From assembly GCA_037441475.1 (NCBI GenBank), contig JBBISB010000001.1:426418-458417 (forward strand): 32,000 nt of DNA, written 5' to 3'. Source of the stretch: Candidatus Iainarchaeum sp. Lineage in GTDB: Archaea; Iainarchaeota; Iainarchaeia; Iainarchaeales; CSSED10-239. Every line of letters begins with the position of its first letter. Within the stretch, counting starts at the first letter, position 1. Below, in pieces: positions 1 to 9,825 of the stretch. The position numbers were made by a program, and so were the translations under genes. Under the pieces are notes generated by a model. The model saw only the letters and a list, made by a program, of their open reading frames with translations. It did not search any database and was not told where the DNA came from.

Positions 1-1243
1 CACTTGTTAAGATAATAGGTGCAGCTAAATTAAATCTTTTATACCTAATAAACAAAACAATAGCAACTGTTAAGATAGCAAAGACACCAATCCAAAGAGA
101 AGTTTTCAAAAAAGACTTTCCTAAAAAAGGAGATATCGATTCTGTACTTATACTATCAATTGCAATTGGAAGAGAACCAGACTCTAAGATTAATAATAGT
201 TCATCAAGTCTTTCTTTTGAAGAAGGATATGAATCAGCATGTCCAGTTATGTTAAGTTGAGAAAAGGTTTGAAATCTTGAAGATTCCATGCTTGAAACAT
301 CCATGTTTGCAATACCAGGAGTTATTGAAATAACAGACTTTAAGCCTGTTGCATCCCATATCCATGGCACTTCTTCTTGCTTTGTAACAGAGATTACTTT
401 AAAACCAATTTCATCTAACTGTTCTTTTACCTCTATTGAAACTAAAGGAGAAATGATTACTTTTGAATAAGTGTTAAAATGTTCTTCAAGTTCTAAAACC
501 TCACTTGCTGTTAAGTTTCCATCAACTATGTAGTAAGGAGTTGTTAATTGATCTAAAAGATCTTCAATTGGAAATGAAGAAGAATAAAATCCAGGCACTA
601 AAGGAACATCTTTTTCCTCTAAATAAGTTGTTTTATCAATAATCATTATAGCATCTGTAGGTCTATCAATAAAGAAATATGTTTTTTCACACTCATATCT
701 TTCATCAATAGTTCCACCTGAAAAACCAGTAGGTGTACATTTATGGAAAGTCATTTGAGCAAATCTTTTAGCTGCATCAGGGGAAAGTAAGAAAGGAAGA
801 GACCATTGATAATCAACACCCTTTGTTATCTCTTGTGTACCATATCCTCTTGAAGGGTCCTTATAGATGGTTCTTATGTCTTCACCAGAAAATAAAACAT
901 CACCGTTTAAAACAGCTTCAAAATTACCTTGCTTTAAAAGAACAGATCTTAAGGAAGCAATTTCATCAGGATCAGACTCTGCTATCTGGATGGTTATATA
1001 CTGGCTTCCAGAAGGAGTGACTCTAGCATCCTTTGAACCAGACCAATCCAGTCTTCTTCCTAAGATAGATGCTGCTTGAGAAAGAGCTTCAGCTGAAACT
1101 GGTTCTTCTAAGACAACTTGAAAAGCAGTTCCACCACTAAAGTCAACACCAAACTTAAGGCCTGATGTTGCTAAGATAGTTAAAGAAACTATGATTAAGA
1201 TTATCCAAAAAATAATTATTGGTTTTTTAATTAATGTTTTCAT
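1..1243 (-). CDS. secD: Protein translocase subunit SecD (C-terminus cut by window edge)
   Basis: Not in the ORF track because it runs off the edge. Manual translation from ATG at 1243 (minus): MKTLIKKPIIIFWIILIIVSLTILATSGLKFGVDFSGGTAFQVVLEEP..., reaching ...FLKTSLWIGVFAILTVAIVLFIRYKRFNLAAPIILTS at the edge. SecD-like first periplasmic motif, and secF is directly upstream. Confidence 0.88.
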   Translation of the reverse strand, partial: MKTLIKKPIIIFWIILIIVSLTILATSGLKFGVDFSGGTAFQVVLEEPVSAEALSQAASILGRRLDWSGSKDARVTPSGSQYITIQIAESDPDEIASLRSVLLKQGNFEAVLNGDVLFSGEDIRTIYKDPSRGYGTQEITKGVDYQWSLPFLLSPDAAKRFAQMTFHKCTPTGFSGGTIDERYECEKTYFFIDRPTDAIMIIDKTTYLEEKDVPLVPGFYSSSFPIEDLLDQLTTPYYIVDGNLTASEVLELEEHFNTYSKVIISPLVSIEVKEQLDEIGFKVISVTKQEEVPWIWDATGLKSVISITPGIANMDVSSMESSRFQTFSQLNITGHADSYPSSKERLDELLLILESGSLPIAIDSISTESISPFLGKSFLKTSLWIGVFAILTVAIVLFIRYKRFNLAAPIILTS

Positions 1244-1256
1244 TTATAATTCACAT

Positions 1257-2324
1257 TTAGTTTTTGTGTTTCCTTTCTGCATACTTGATTAATGCAGGTG
1301 CATTGAAAAGCCATGTTGAGATTAAGTCACCAAAAAGACCACATAATAAAATAATTGAAATCTCAAAGATTACAAGCATTTGTGTAAAGTAAGAAATTAC
1401 AAGCATAACTATTACTGTTGCCATGGTTGTAAAAGTCATTGTTAAACCAGTTGCAATTGAGGAGTTTGCTGAATAGATAGGGTCCTTTGAAGAATCTTTT
1501 AAAACCCTTGTGGTAAGTAAGATATCTGTGTCTACAGAATAACCTATAAGCATTAAAAGAGCAGGTATTGTTGTTAAGCTTAAATGGATATTAAAGATAG
1601 CCATTCCTGCAAGTGCAGCAAAAACATCAAAGATAACAGCAAAGATAATTAAAGCTGATGGAACTATCTCTCTAAAGAAAAGTAAAATAACAATTATTAG
1701 TAAGGAGAAGGCAACAATACCAACCTTGATTGAACTTTTAACAAAGTCTTTTCCTAAGGTAGGTGCAATTTCTCTTGTTTGTATTCTTGAATTTTCTTTT
1801 AAATTAAGCTCAGTTGTTACAAGAGTTGTTACTTGGTTATAAAAATTATTGTTTGCAAGGCTTAAGCTTTCAGATAAGCTTTGTCTTAAGTCCTCTACGT
1901 TTCTAGACGTTTCAATAAATAATAAATCTGCAGGAGCTAAAAAGTTTCTTTCAACAAGAGGGGTTAAAATATTTCTTGTCTCTACTTTTAAGGTTTCTAA
2001 GTCCTTTGTAAAATCCATTTTTGATCCTGCAGCTTTTGCATTTTCAAGATCTTTTTGTAAGGAAAACTCTATTAAAAGACCATAATCGTTTAAACCTTTA
2101 ACTTCATTTATCTGTATTTGTTCAATACCATAATCTGCTCTTAAGGAAGCTTCTAGGTTTGTGTATTCTTTTTCTTCATCATAATGAACGATTATTTGGT
2201 TTCCACCTTTTAAGTCAATTCCTTTTGAAATTCCAGGGTAGATAAATATTAAAAGAATAAATATTATTAAAATAATTATTGGAATTATAAGTAGCTTTGA
2301 ATAGTTTTTTGTAAAAAATTTCAT
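1257..2324 (-). CDS. secF: Protein translocase subunit SecF
   Basis: 355 aa; GIDLKGGNQIIV, LTTIPALLMLIGYSVDTDILLTTRVLK and multiple TM helices, as in the SecF/RND family; followed by secD. Confidence 0.92.
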   Translation of the reverse strand: MKFFTKNYSKLLIIPIIILIIFILLIFIYPGISKGIDLKGGNQIIVHYDEEKEYTNLEASLRADYGIEQIQINEVKGLNDYGLLIEFSLQKDLENAKAAGSKMDFTKDLETLKVETRNILTPLVERNFLAPADLLFIETSRNVEDLRQSLSESLSLANNNFYNQVTTLVTTELNLKENSRIQTREIAPTLGKDFVKSSIKVGIVAFSLLIIVILLFFREIVPSALIIFAVIFDVFAALAGMAIFNIHLSLTTIPALLMLIGYSVDTDILLTTRVLKDSSKDPIYSANSSIATGLTMTFTTMATVIVMLVISYFTQMLVIFEISIILLCGLFGDLISTWLFNAPALIKYAERKHKN

Positions 2325-2558
2325 ATTAAATCATATTTTTTATTTTTTAAAGAAATACTTAAAGAAGTATATTAATATATATTATATATTTAGAAAAGTA
2401 TATAAAGCTTAAGTTAAGTGATTAGTTTAAAAAGAAAATACATTTTATAAACAGTTTTAAAGATATATTGTATATTATTAAATAAACAAACATAAATGTA
2501 AACTGTAAAAGAACTGAATGTAAAATATAAACAAACCAATTAAAAACTTGAAATAAAT

Positions 2559-3422
2559 ATGAAATATCCTGAGATTATAAAAGCAGACATCTTTTTAGAG
2601 GGCGTGGTAAACAAGATAAAGAAAGAACAGAATCAAAAAGATGTTCTTTTCTATGTTAACTTTATTCATAACAAGGTTGCTGATAGACTTACACACATCT
2701 ATTCAACATTACCTGACTACTCTAAAATGGAAGATTACTATTTATTAATGTCAAAAAATATTGTCCCAGAGCAAACCATGGAAAGGTGCAAGAACCATTA
2801 TCATGCAACCATACACCTAGTTAATTCCATATCTGAAAGATATAAAAGATTTATTAAAAGAGAAAAAGTTTATAAAAATAAATTACAACTTAAGAAAGAG
2901 TATCTTGGAAGAATTAAATCAATGCTTAAGAAGTTAGATGGAACTAATGAAAAGTTAATGGAGTATGGTAAGTACTTTAGAGCAATACCAAACCCACAAA
3001 AGTTATTCACAATTGTTTTAGTTGGGGTTCCAAATACAGGGAAGACAACTCTTTTAGCTGAAATTACAACTGCAGATCCTGAAATTAATAGTTATTCTTT
3101 TACAACCAAGACCTTAAACTTTGGATACTTTAAGAAAAGAGAAGAGATTATTCAAGTGGTTGATACTCCTGGACTTATTCATGAGGAATTTAAGGACATG
3201 AACTTTATTGAAAAGCAAGCTGTTGTTGCTTTAAAAACAATTGCTGATGTTATTATCTTCTTGTATAACCAACATCAATCCTATGACGAACAAAAAAAAA
3301 TACTTGATAAGATAATGGAAGAGAATCCTGATAAAAAGGTTGTAATATATCCAAGCTTTGGTTCTAAGATGGAAGGTTATCCTAACATCACTTTAAAACA
3401 GATCTTAGATAAAGACTTTTAA
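2559..3422 (+). CDS. NOG1-like (Obg/NOG1 family) GTPase, short form
   Basis: 287 aa; G1 GVPNTGKTTL, G3 VDTPGL, NOG1-type N-terminal helical region (YYLLMSKNIVPEQTMERCKNHYHATIHLVNSISERYKRFIKR). Confidence 0.82.
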   Translation: MKYPEIIKADIFLEGVVNKIKKEQNQKDVLFYVNFIHNKVADRLTHIYSTLPDYSKMEDYYLLMSKNIVPEQTMERCKNHYHATIHLVNSISERYKRFIKREKVYKNKLQLKKEYLGRIKSMLKKLDGTNEKLMEYGKYFRAIPNPQKLFTIVLVGVPNTGKTTLLAEITTADPEINSYSFTTKTLNFGYFKKREEIIQVVDTPGLIHEEFKDMNFIEKQAVVALKTIADVIIFLYNQHQSYDEQKKILDKIMEENPDKKVVIYPSFGSKMEGYPNITLKQILDKDF

Positions 3423-4165
3423 ATAAAGAAAGTATCAATGATTAAAACAATTGCAAGAAGAACCTCTAAGGAAGCAAGACCTATTTTTAACCACACGCCC
3501 CTTGTCTTTAAAGATAACTTTGAACCAAAATAAGATCCAACTATGCTTGTTATAGCAACAATCAAACCAGGGAAGATTAAAAGGTCTCCTCTAAATATAT
3601 AAAAAAATAAAGCAACTAAAGCAGTAATAAGCCCAACAAATAAAGAAGTCGCTATAGCCTGGTGCATCTTAATATGAAGAGACCTTAAAACAGGAGGAAA
3701 CAAAGAACCTCCACTTCCACCCCTTATACCCATTATTATGTTAGTGAAAAACGCACTTGTAAAAAGACTTATTTTGTTTGGTTTTAAAAGAGAGTAAACT
3801 CTTGGTGTTAAGTCTTGAAGATAAAAACCAAGAACAGTTATTAATGAAGCAAATAAAAAAGTAATTACAAGAAAACCATCTGTTAAAAAACCAACCAAGA
3901 AACTAGAGATTATAATACCAAAGACCCCACCAAAAGTAAACCAAAAAACAATGTCCCAACGTATGTTCTTTCTTTGGATATAAGCACCAGTTGCAGAACC
4001 AAAAGGTATTGAAAAAGTATTAATAGCAAAGGCATTAATTAAAGGCATGCCTGATAAAGCTAAAAGAGGTATTCTTACAGAGCCACCACCAATACCAAAA
4101 AGACCACTTAAAAAACCAGTGAAAAGACCTATTAATGAGTAAATAATTATCTGTAATATATCCAT
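3419..4165 (-). CDS. Sulfite exporter TauE/SafE-family permease
   Basis: 248 aa, multiple TM helices; GLFTGFLSGLFGIGGGSVRIPLL and HQAIATSLFVGLITALVA pattern. Confidence 0.85.
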   Translation of the reverse strand: MDILQIIIYSLIGLFTGFLSGLFGIGGGSVRIPLLALSGMPLINAFAINTFSIPFGSATGAYIQRKNIRWDIVFWFTFGGVFGIIISSFLVGFLTDGFLVITFLFASLITVLGFYLQDLTPRVYSLLKPNKISLFTSAFFTNIIMGIRGGSGGSLFPPVLRSLHIKMHQAIATSLFVGLITALVALFFYIFRGDLLIFPGLIVAITSIVGSYFGSKLSLKTRGVWLKIGLASLEVLLAIVLIIDTFFI

Positions 4166-4183
4166 GTATTATCTTTCTTTTTG

Positions 4184-4233
4184 TAAAATGGTTTTAATCT
4201 CTTTTTTTCTATAAAATGGTTTAAATCTCTTTC
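4184..4233. repeat. Imperfect tandem direct repeat (two ~22-nt copies, period 28)
   Basis: taaaatggttttaatctctttt (4184) and taaaatggtttaaatctctttc (4212), just upstream of the minus-strand permease start. Confidence 0.6.
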
Positions 4234-4431
4234 TTTAAAAAATAACCGTTTATTTTCTTTTTAAAAACATTTATTTTTAGTAAATATACTTTAAGCACAA
4301 AGTAATTTTAAAATATACATGTTTCTAAGGGCATTTATAATTATCCTTAAATAAACAATATATAAAAAGATATTTACAGATATATTATATAGAAGAATGG
4401 TTAGTAACAGCTACATAAGTTCTTAAAAAAG

Positions 4432-4722
4432 GTGATTATCATGCCAAAACTTACAAAGAAACAAGAATTATGTCAAACAATGGTTCAAGCAATCATAGAG
4501 GAAGCAGATTATCTTCTTGAGGACCAAACAATACCAAAAAATGTACTAGGGGTTATTAGAAACATAAAAAACAAACTTAACAATAACCTTTGCTCAATTG
4601 AAGTTTCAAGTATACTTTACGAGCTTGAAGAAACAATAAATAATGTTAATGCCAATGAATGTAGATCAGTGGTGTGGAGTTTAATATCTAAACTAGAGAC
4701 ATTAAAAGAAAATATTAAATAA
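4432..4722 (+). CDS. UPF0147 family protein
   Basis: 96 aa; EADYLLEDQTIPKNVLGVIRNIKNKL resembles the archaeal UPF0147 family; potential SD (ggtgat) upstream. Confidence 0.75.
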   Translation: MIIMPKLTKKQELCQTMVQAIIEEADYLLEDQTIPKNVLGVIRNIKNKLNNNLCSIEVSSILYELEETINNVNANECRSVVWSLISKLETLKENIK

Positions 4723-4734
4723 TTGTAAACAGAC

Positions 4735-6156
4735 ATGGATCAAGACATAATTAAGTATGCAAAAGAGAACAACTTAATTCTTACAGAAGACTCACTTAAA
4801 CACCTATCTAGCCATAACTATAAAGAAATTATTTCACAACTTAAAGAGAAAGATATATTGTTTGTTCAAGAAAAAGACATCTTAAACCTTAAGCTTAGAG
4901 AAAAGAAAGAAGACTATACAAAAAACTTTTATATCTTAGAAAAGTATGATATTACAGGTAAAAACTACTCTCAAGGAAGCATACAAGACTTTCATAAACT
5001 ATTTTTAGATAAATATGAAAAAATTTCAAAAATAATAAACACCAGACCAAACTTTGAACACTCAACTATTGAAAGTTCAAAAAATCTTGTTAAAGGAAAA
5101 AATATTGATATCATTGGTATGGTATATGATAAAATGATAAGCAAGAACGGAAATTTAGTTTTAACTGTGGATGACCCTACTGGCCAAACCAAGCTTGTTA
5201 TCATGAACAAAGATGAAAAGGAATTTTTCAAACACAAAGAAATTCTTTTAGATAATGTCCTAGGTTTTAAAACATCTGTTCTTTCAAAGGACATGCTTAT
5301 TGTTAATGAAGTGGTTTATCCTGACATACCTTTTGAGAAAAGAACAAACCAACTTAAAGAAGATGTTTACATGACAATCATTGGAGATGTACATGTTGGA
5401 TCTAAGAAATTTATGGAAAAAGAATTTTTAAAGTTTATAGAATGGCTTAACGGAAACTTTGAAGGAGAAAAAGAATTTGTTAAAAAAATTAAATATTTAA
5501 TAATCGCAGGAGATTTAGTAGATGGTATTGGAGTATACCCTACACAGTTTAATGAACTTGCAATAACAGATATTGTTAAACAGTATGAACTTTTTGAAGA
5601 ATATATTTTAAAAATTAGAGAGGATATTGAAATATTTATAATCTCAGGTAACCATGATGCAGTTAGGTTATCAGACCCACAACCTGCAATCTCCAAACTA
5701 TATCTTCCAAGACTTTATCAAAAAGAAAACATACATATAATGGGTTCTCCTTCCTGGGTTGTTTTTGAAGGTTTTAAAACATTGATATACCACGGTGCAT
5801 CCTTACATGGTATTTACACAGAGATTAAGTCAGCTGTCATGGACAAACCAGACACTGCAATGGTTGAAATTTTAAAAAGAAGAGACTTAATGCCACAGTA
5901 TGGAGATAGACAAACATTTGTACCTATTGAGAAAAACCTAATGGTTATTGAAGAGGTTCCAGATATTTTTATAACAGCTGATGTACACCATCATGCTTAC
6001 TCTAAATACAAGCACGTTCATTTAATAGCATCCTCTTGTTGGCAAGAAATGACTGACTTTCAAAAAGAGCTCGGACACATACCTACAGTTTCAAAAGCAC
6101 TTTTGTTTAACCTTAAGACAGAGGAACTTTTAATAAAGGATTTTTTAGAAAAATAA
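4735..6156 (+). CDS. polB: DNA polymerase D (family D) small subunit DP1
   Basis: 473 aa; OB-fold region plus phosphoesterase motifs GDVHVGS, GDLVDGIG, SGNHDA, YHGASLHG, TADVHHHAY; directly followed by the DP2 gene. Confidence 0.93.
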   Translation: MDQDIIKYAKENNLILTEDSLKHLSSHNYKEIISQLKEKDILFVQEKDILNLKLREKKEDYTKNFYILEKYDITGKNYSQGSIQDFHKLFLDKYEKISKIINTRPNFEHSTIESSKNLVKGKNIDIIGMVYDKMISKNGNLVLTVDDPTGQTKLVIMNKDEKEFFKHKEILLDNVLGFKTSVLSKDMLIVNEVVYPDIPFEKRTNQLKEDVYMTIIGDVHVGSKKFMEKEFLKFIEWLNGNFEGEKEFVKKIKYLIIAGDLVDGIGVYPTQFNELAITDIVKQYELFEEYILKIREDIEIFIISGNHDAVRLSDPQPAISKLYLPRLYQKENIHIMGSPSWVVFEGFKTLIYHGASLHGIYTEIKSAVMDKPDTAMVEILKRRDLMPQYGDRQTFVPIEKNLMVIEEVPDIFITADVHHHAYSKYKHVHLIASSCWQEMTDFQKELGHIPTVSKALLFNLKTEELLIKDFLEK

Positions 6157-6248
6157 ATCTTTAATCGGCCAAGAGCCTCCTCTTTAAAAAACAATTAAAG
6201 AGAAAAGAAGCATAAATATTAAACAAAAAAACAATTAAGAAAAAAAAC

Positions 6249-9200
6249 ATGATAAAGATAGAAGCAAGGAAAGATGTTTTAAACTACTTTGAAAATCTTT
6301 CAGAAAAAATCAACCTAGAAGTTGAGCTTGCAAGGAATGCAAGAAAGACAGGTAGAGACATAACTGAAGATATTGAAACATTCCCTGCCCAAGGAATTGC
6401 TGAAAAAACAGAAATCCTTGTAGGCCCTAAGGGTGTTGCTAAAATCTATCATGAGCTTTGGGAAAAACACCAAGATAGGTTTAAAGTAACTTTAGAAATT
6501 TTTCACATGATTCTTGATGGAGAGCTTGGTGGCTTAGAGGATCCTGAAAAGAAACTTGAACAAGCTATTAGAACAGCTTTAGTTATACAAACAGACGGTG
6601 TTGTGGTTTCTCCCTTAGATGGCATACCAGATATTAAGATTTCTACAAACCCAGATGGATCTAAATACCCAGATATTTACTTTGCAGGACCAATCAGAGC
6701 TGCTGGTGGTAATGCTCAAACACTCCCTGTTCTTTTAGCAGACCTTGCAAGAAAAAAACTACACTTGGATAGATATAAACCATCTGCAAAGGAAGTAGAT
6801 AGATTAATTGAAGAGAACATGATTTATCAGTCTGATGTTGTTGTAAGACAACAGAGAGTAACTGAAGCTGAGATTAGAGTTATTGCAGAAAACTGTCCGG
6901 TTTGTATAAACAGTGGGCCTGATAGTGATGTTGAAATAATGGTTAACAGAGATCTTGAAAGGATTAAGACAAACAGGATAAGAGGAGCAATGTGTCTTGT
7001 TATTATTGATGGAGTGTATGTTAGAGCCATGAAGATTTTAAAAACCAGTAAAGCCCTTGGTCTTGATTGGTCATGGCTTGAAAAATTAATCAAGGTTAAA
7101 AAAACAGCTGAAGGTAACTTTGAACTTAAGCCATCCACAAAATATCTAGAAGGCCTTGCTGCTGGAAGACCAGTCTTTTCATATCCATTAGTTCCTGGTG
7201 GTTTTAGGTTAAGGTACGGCAAAACAAGAACAACTGGTTTAATGGCAAAAGCAATTAGCCCAGCAACCATGTATGTCTTAGATGAGTTTATTGCAGTAGG
7301 CACACACGGAAGACTTGAAAGACCAGGTAAGTCCTTACAGTACTTTCCATGCTCCACAATTGATGGACCGATTGTAAGGCTTAAAAACAAGGATGTTATT
7401 CAGCTTAATACCTCTAAAGAAGCTTTAAAGTATAGAAGCGAAATTGAAAAAATACTTTTCCTTGGAGATATGCTAATAAACATTGGTGACTTTAAGAAAA
7501 GTGGACACCCTTTAATCAAGTCAGGATATGTGGAAGAAGAATGGCTCTCTGAAATGAAATATCTTTTAAGAAAAGAAATAATTACAGAAAACCAGTTTGA
7601 AGATTTAGAAGAGTTTTACAAAGCACCAACCCCAGAGGAAGCTATTAACCTCAGTGTTAAATATTCAGTTCCTTTGTTTCCTATCTATACAGCATACTAC
7701 TCCCTTCTTGATAGTGAAGAACTTAAAATATTAATTGAGAAGTTTAGAAGTGCAGAAAAAGTATTTGAAGATAATAAAATTATTGGAGCTAAGGTTAAAA
7801 CAAATAATGTTATTAAAGGCATCTTAGAAAAGATTGGTCTTGAACATAAATATCTTTTAGAAGAAAATAAAATATTAATAGAAAGAAAAATGGCATACCC
7901 TCTTTTAAAAACACTCGGAGCATTAAACGCTATTGACCCTACAGATGAGTTTGAAGATGTTTTAGAGGATAAAGAAAAAAGTATTTTTGAAAAATTAACA
8001 ATTGTTTCTAAAATTAAGATTAAAGAAAAAGCAGGAAGCTTTATTGGTGCAAGAATGGGAAGACCAGAGGCTGCACATGAAAGAATACTTCCAGGAAAAA
8101 CAGCTGTAATCTTTCCTATAGGCGAAGGTTTTGGGAATAATAGAGATTTATTAAAAATGATTGATTCTAAAAGTAATTACTCTGGATCAATGGATGCCAA
8201 GATTAAAGCCTATCAATGTGAGAGCTGTAAAAAAATACTTTACTCTGCTTACTGTACAGCATGTAATGTTAGGACAAAGGAGTTGTTTGAATGTTTTACA
8301 TGTAAACAAATATCCTTTAATGAAACTTGCCCAACATGTAATGAAAAGACAAGATCAAAGGTTAATAATAAAATAAAGTTTGATGAACTTATTAAGTCAG
8401 CTATTGATAATCTTGGTATTGGGATAACAGACAACTTAAAGGGTTTTAAGGAACTTGCAAGTCAAGAGAAATATACAGAACCTCTTGAAAAAGGGATCTT
8501 AAGAACAAAGCATGGTCTTTATGTTTTTAGAGATGGAACAATTAGGTATGAGGCTTTGAATGCTACTATAACACAGTTTAAACCAAAGGAGCTTAACTTA
8601 AGTGTGGAAAAGGTTAAAGAACTAGGTTACACCATTGATTATCAAGGAAAAGAAATTAAAGATGAAAACCAGATAATAGATATCTTCCCGCAAGACATTA
8701 TCATCTCTGATCATACTGCTGAATATTTTTTAAAAATCACACATTTTATAGATGATCTTTTAGAAAAGTTCTATAAAATGAAACCACATTTTAATTTTAA
8801 AGAAAAAGAACAATTAATAGGTGAACTTGTAATTGGTCTTGCTCCTCACACCTCAGCCGGTATTGTGGGTAGGGTCTTAGGTTTTTCAAAGGCTAAGCTA
8901 TGTTTTGGGCATCCTTATTTTATAACAGCAAAGAGAAGAAATGTTGATGGTGATCAAGATTCTTTAATGCTACTAATGGATGCTCTTTTAAACTTCTCTC
9001 CTAAATATCTTAGTAAAGGAAGAGGAGGAAGAATGGATGCACCTGTTGCCTTTACAACTGTTGTAAACCCATATGAGATTGATGATGAGTGTTATGAGAT
9101 TGAAACATGCACAGAGTATCCTTTTGAATTTTATGAAAATAGTAAAAAGTTTATGGATGCTGATGATAAGAATATCAAGTATGTGGCAAACTTTTTAGGA

Positions 9201-9692
9201 ACTGAAGAACAGTATACCTGCATGAAGTTTACACATGACACAGCTGTTTTTGATGAAGGCCCAAAGCATAGTAGTTACTTAACCATTAAGTCTATGCAAG
9301 ACAAGGTTACAAAGCAAGCTGAACTTCAAAAAAGAATAAGAGCTGTGGATAACAAAGATGCTCTTGAAAGACTTTTACATTATCATTTGTTTCCTGATAT
9401 TATAGGTAACACAAGAGCTTTTGCTCGTCAAGGCCTAAGGTGTATTAAGTGTAACTCTAAGTACAGAAGAATACCTCTTTCTGGTATATGTCTTAAGTGT
9501 ACAGGTAAGCTTGTTATGACCATACATGAGGGTTCTATTAAAAAATATCTAGAGGTTGCAAAAAATTTAATAAAGGATTATGAGCTTAAGCCATACCTTT
9601 ACCAAAAAGTTATTTTAGCAGAAGAAGATATTAGTTCTCTTTTTGTTGATAAGGAAGAAAAGAAACAAAAATCATTATCTAACTTTTTTTAA
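6249..9692 (+). CDS. polC: DNA polymerase D (family D) large subunit DP2, intein-free
   Basis: 1147 aa; IRAAGGNAQTLPVLLADLARKKL, catalytic NVDGDQDSLMLLMDALLNFSPKYL, Cys-rich zinc motifs (CESCKKILYSAYCTAC...; CIKCNSKYRRIPLSGICLKC). Confidence 0.96.
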   Translation: MIKIEARKDVLNYFENLSEKINLEVELARNARKTGRDITEDIETFPAQGIAEKTEILVGPKGVAKIYHELWEKHQDRFKVTLEIFHMILDGELGGLEDPEKKLEQAIRTALVIQTDGVVVSPLDGIPDIKISTNPDGSKYPDIYFAGPIRAAGGNAQTLPVLLADLARKKLHLDRYKPSAKEVDRLIEENMIYQSDVVVRQQRVTEAEIRVIAENCPVCINSGPDSDVEIMVNRDLERIKTNRIRGAMCLVIIDGVYVRAMKILKTSKALGLDWSWLEKLIKVKKTAEGNFELKPSTKYLEGLAAGRPVFSYPLVPGGFRLRYGKTRTTGLMAKAISPATMYVLDEFIAVGTHGRLERPGKSLQYFPCSTIDGPIVRLKNKDVIQLNTSKEALKYRSEIEKILFLGDMLINIGDFKKSGHPLIKSGYVEEEWLSEMKYLLRKEIITENQFEDLEEFYKAPTPEEAINLSVKYSVPLFPIYTAYYSLLDSEELKILIEKFRSAEKVFEDNKIIGAKVKTNNVIKGILEKIGLEHKYLLEENKILIERKMAYPLLKTLGALNAIDPTDEFEDVLEDKEKSIFEKLTIVSKIKIKEKAGSFIGARMGRPEAAHERILPGKTAVIFPIGEGFGNNRDLLKMIDSKSNYSGSMDAKIKAYQCESCKKILYSAYCTACNVRTKELFECFTCKQISFNETCPTCNEKTRSKVNNKIKFDELIKSAIDNLGIGITDNLKGFKELASQEKYTEPLEKGILRTKHGLYVFRDGTIRYEALNATITQFKPKELNLSVEKVKELGYTIDYQGKEIKDENQIIDIFPQDIIISDHTAEYFLKITHFIDDLLEKFYKMKPHFNFKEKEQLIGELVIGLAPHTSAGIVGRVLGFSKAKLCFGHPYFITAKRRNVDGDQDSLMLLMDALLNFSPKYLSKGRGGRMDAPVAFTTVVNPYEIDDECYEIETCTEYPFEFYENSKKFMDADDKNIKYVANFLGTEEQYTCMKFTHDTAVFDEGPKHSSYLTIKSMQDKVTKQAELQKRIRAVDNKDALERLLHYHLFPDIIGNTRAFARQGLRCIKCNSKYRRIPLSGICLKCTGKLVMTIHEGSIKKYLEVAKNLIKDYELKPYLYQKVILAEEDISSLFVDKEEKKQKSLSNFF

Positions 9693-9825
9693 AAGATGCT
9701 TTTAATATTATTTATAAAAGATAGCTGCAAGTTATCTTGTCCAAGAAAAATCGCAAAAACAAAAAGTTAAAAATAAAAGAAAAAGAAACTTAAAAAAAAT
9801 CTTATGTTTTTTTAATTGCTAAAAA

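Noticed and set aside
288-1079. Plus-strand ORFs at 288-470, 823-1020 and 867-1079, and 1849-2085
   Set aside because: Antisense to secD/secF, whose translations are continuous and recognisable.
4992-5696. Minus-strand ORFs 4992-5294 and 5367-5696
   Set aside because: Antisense to DP1, no recognisable domain.
6827-7390. 187-aa minus-strand ORF
   Set aside because: Lies entirely antisense to the DP2 coding region, which is unambiguous by motif; a shadow ORF.
8161-8434. ORFs 8161-8376 (+) and 8249-8434 (-)
   Set aside because: Alternative-frame readings of the DP2 zinc-finger region.
6249-9692. Intein in DP2
   Set aside because: Archaeal DP2 genes can carry inteins, but this 1147-aa protein has no Cys-start/HN-end splicing block and the catalytic NVDGDQD region is continuous.
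9719-9739. Hairpin aagata-gctgcaagt-tatctt between polC and the adhesin gene as terminator
   Set aside because: Only a 6-bp AT-rich stem and no adjacent T-run of note; not distinguishable from chance in such AT-rich DNA.
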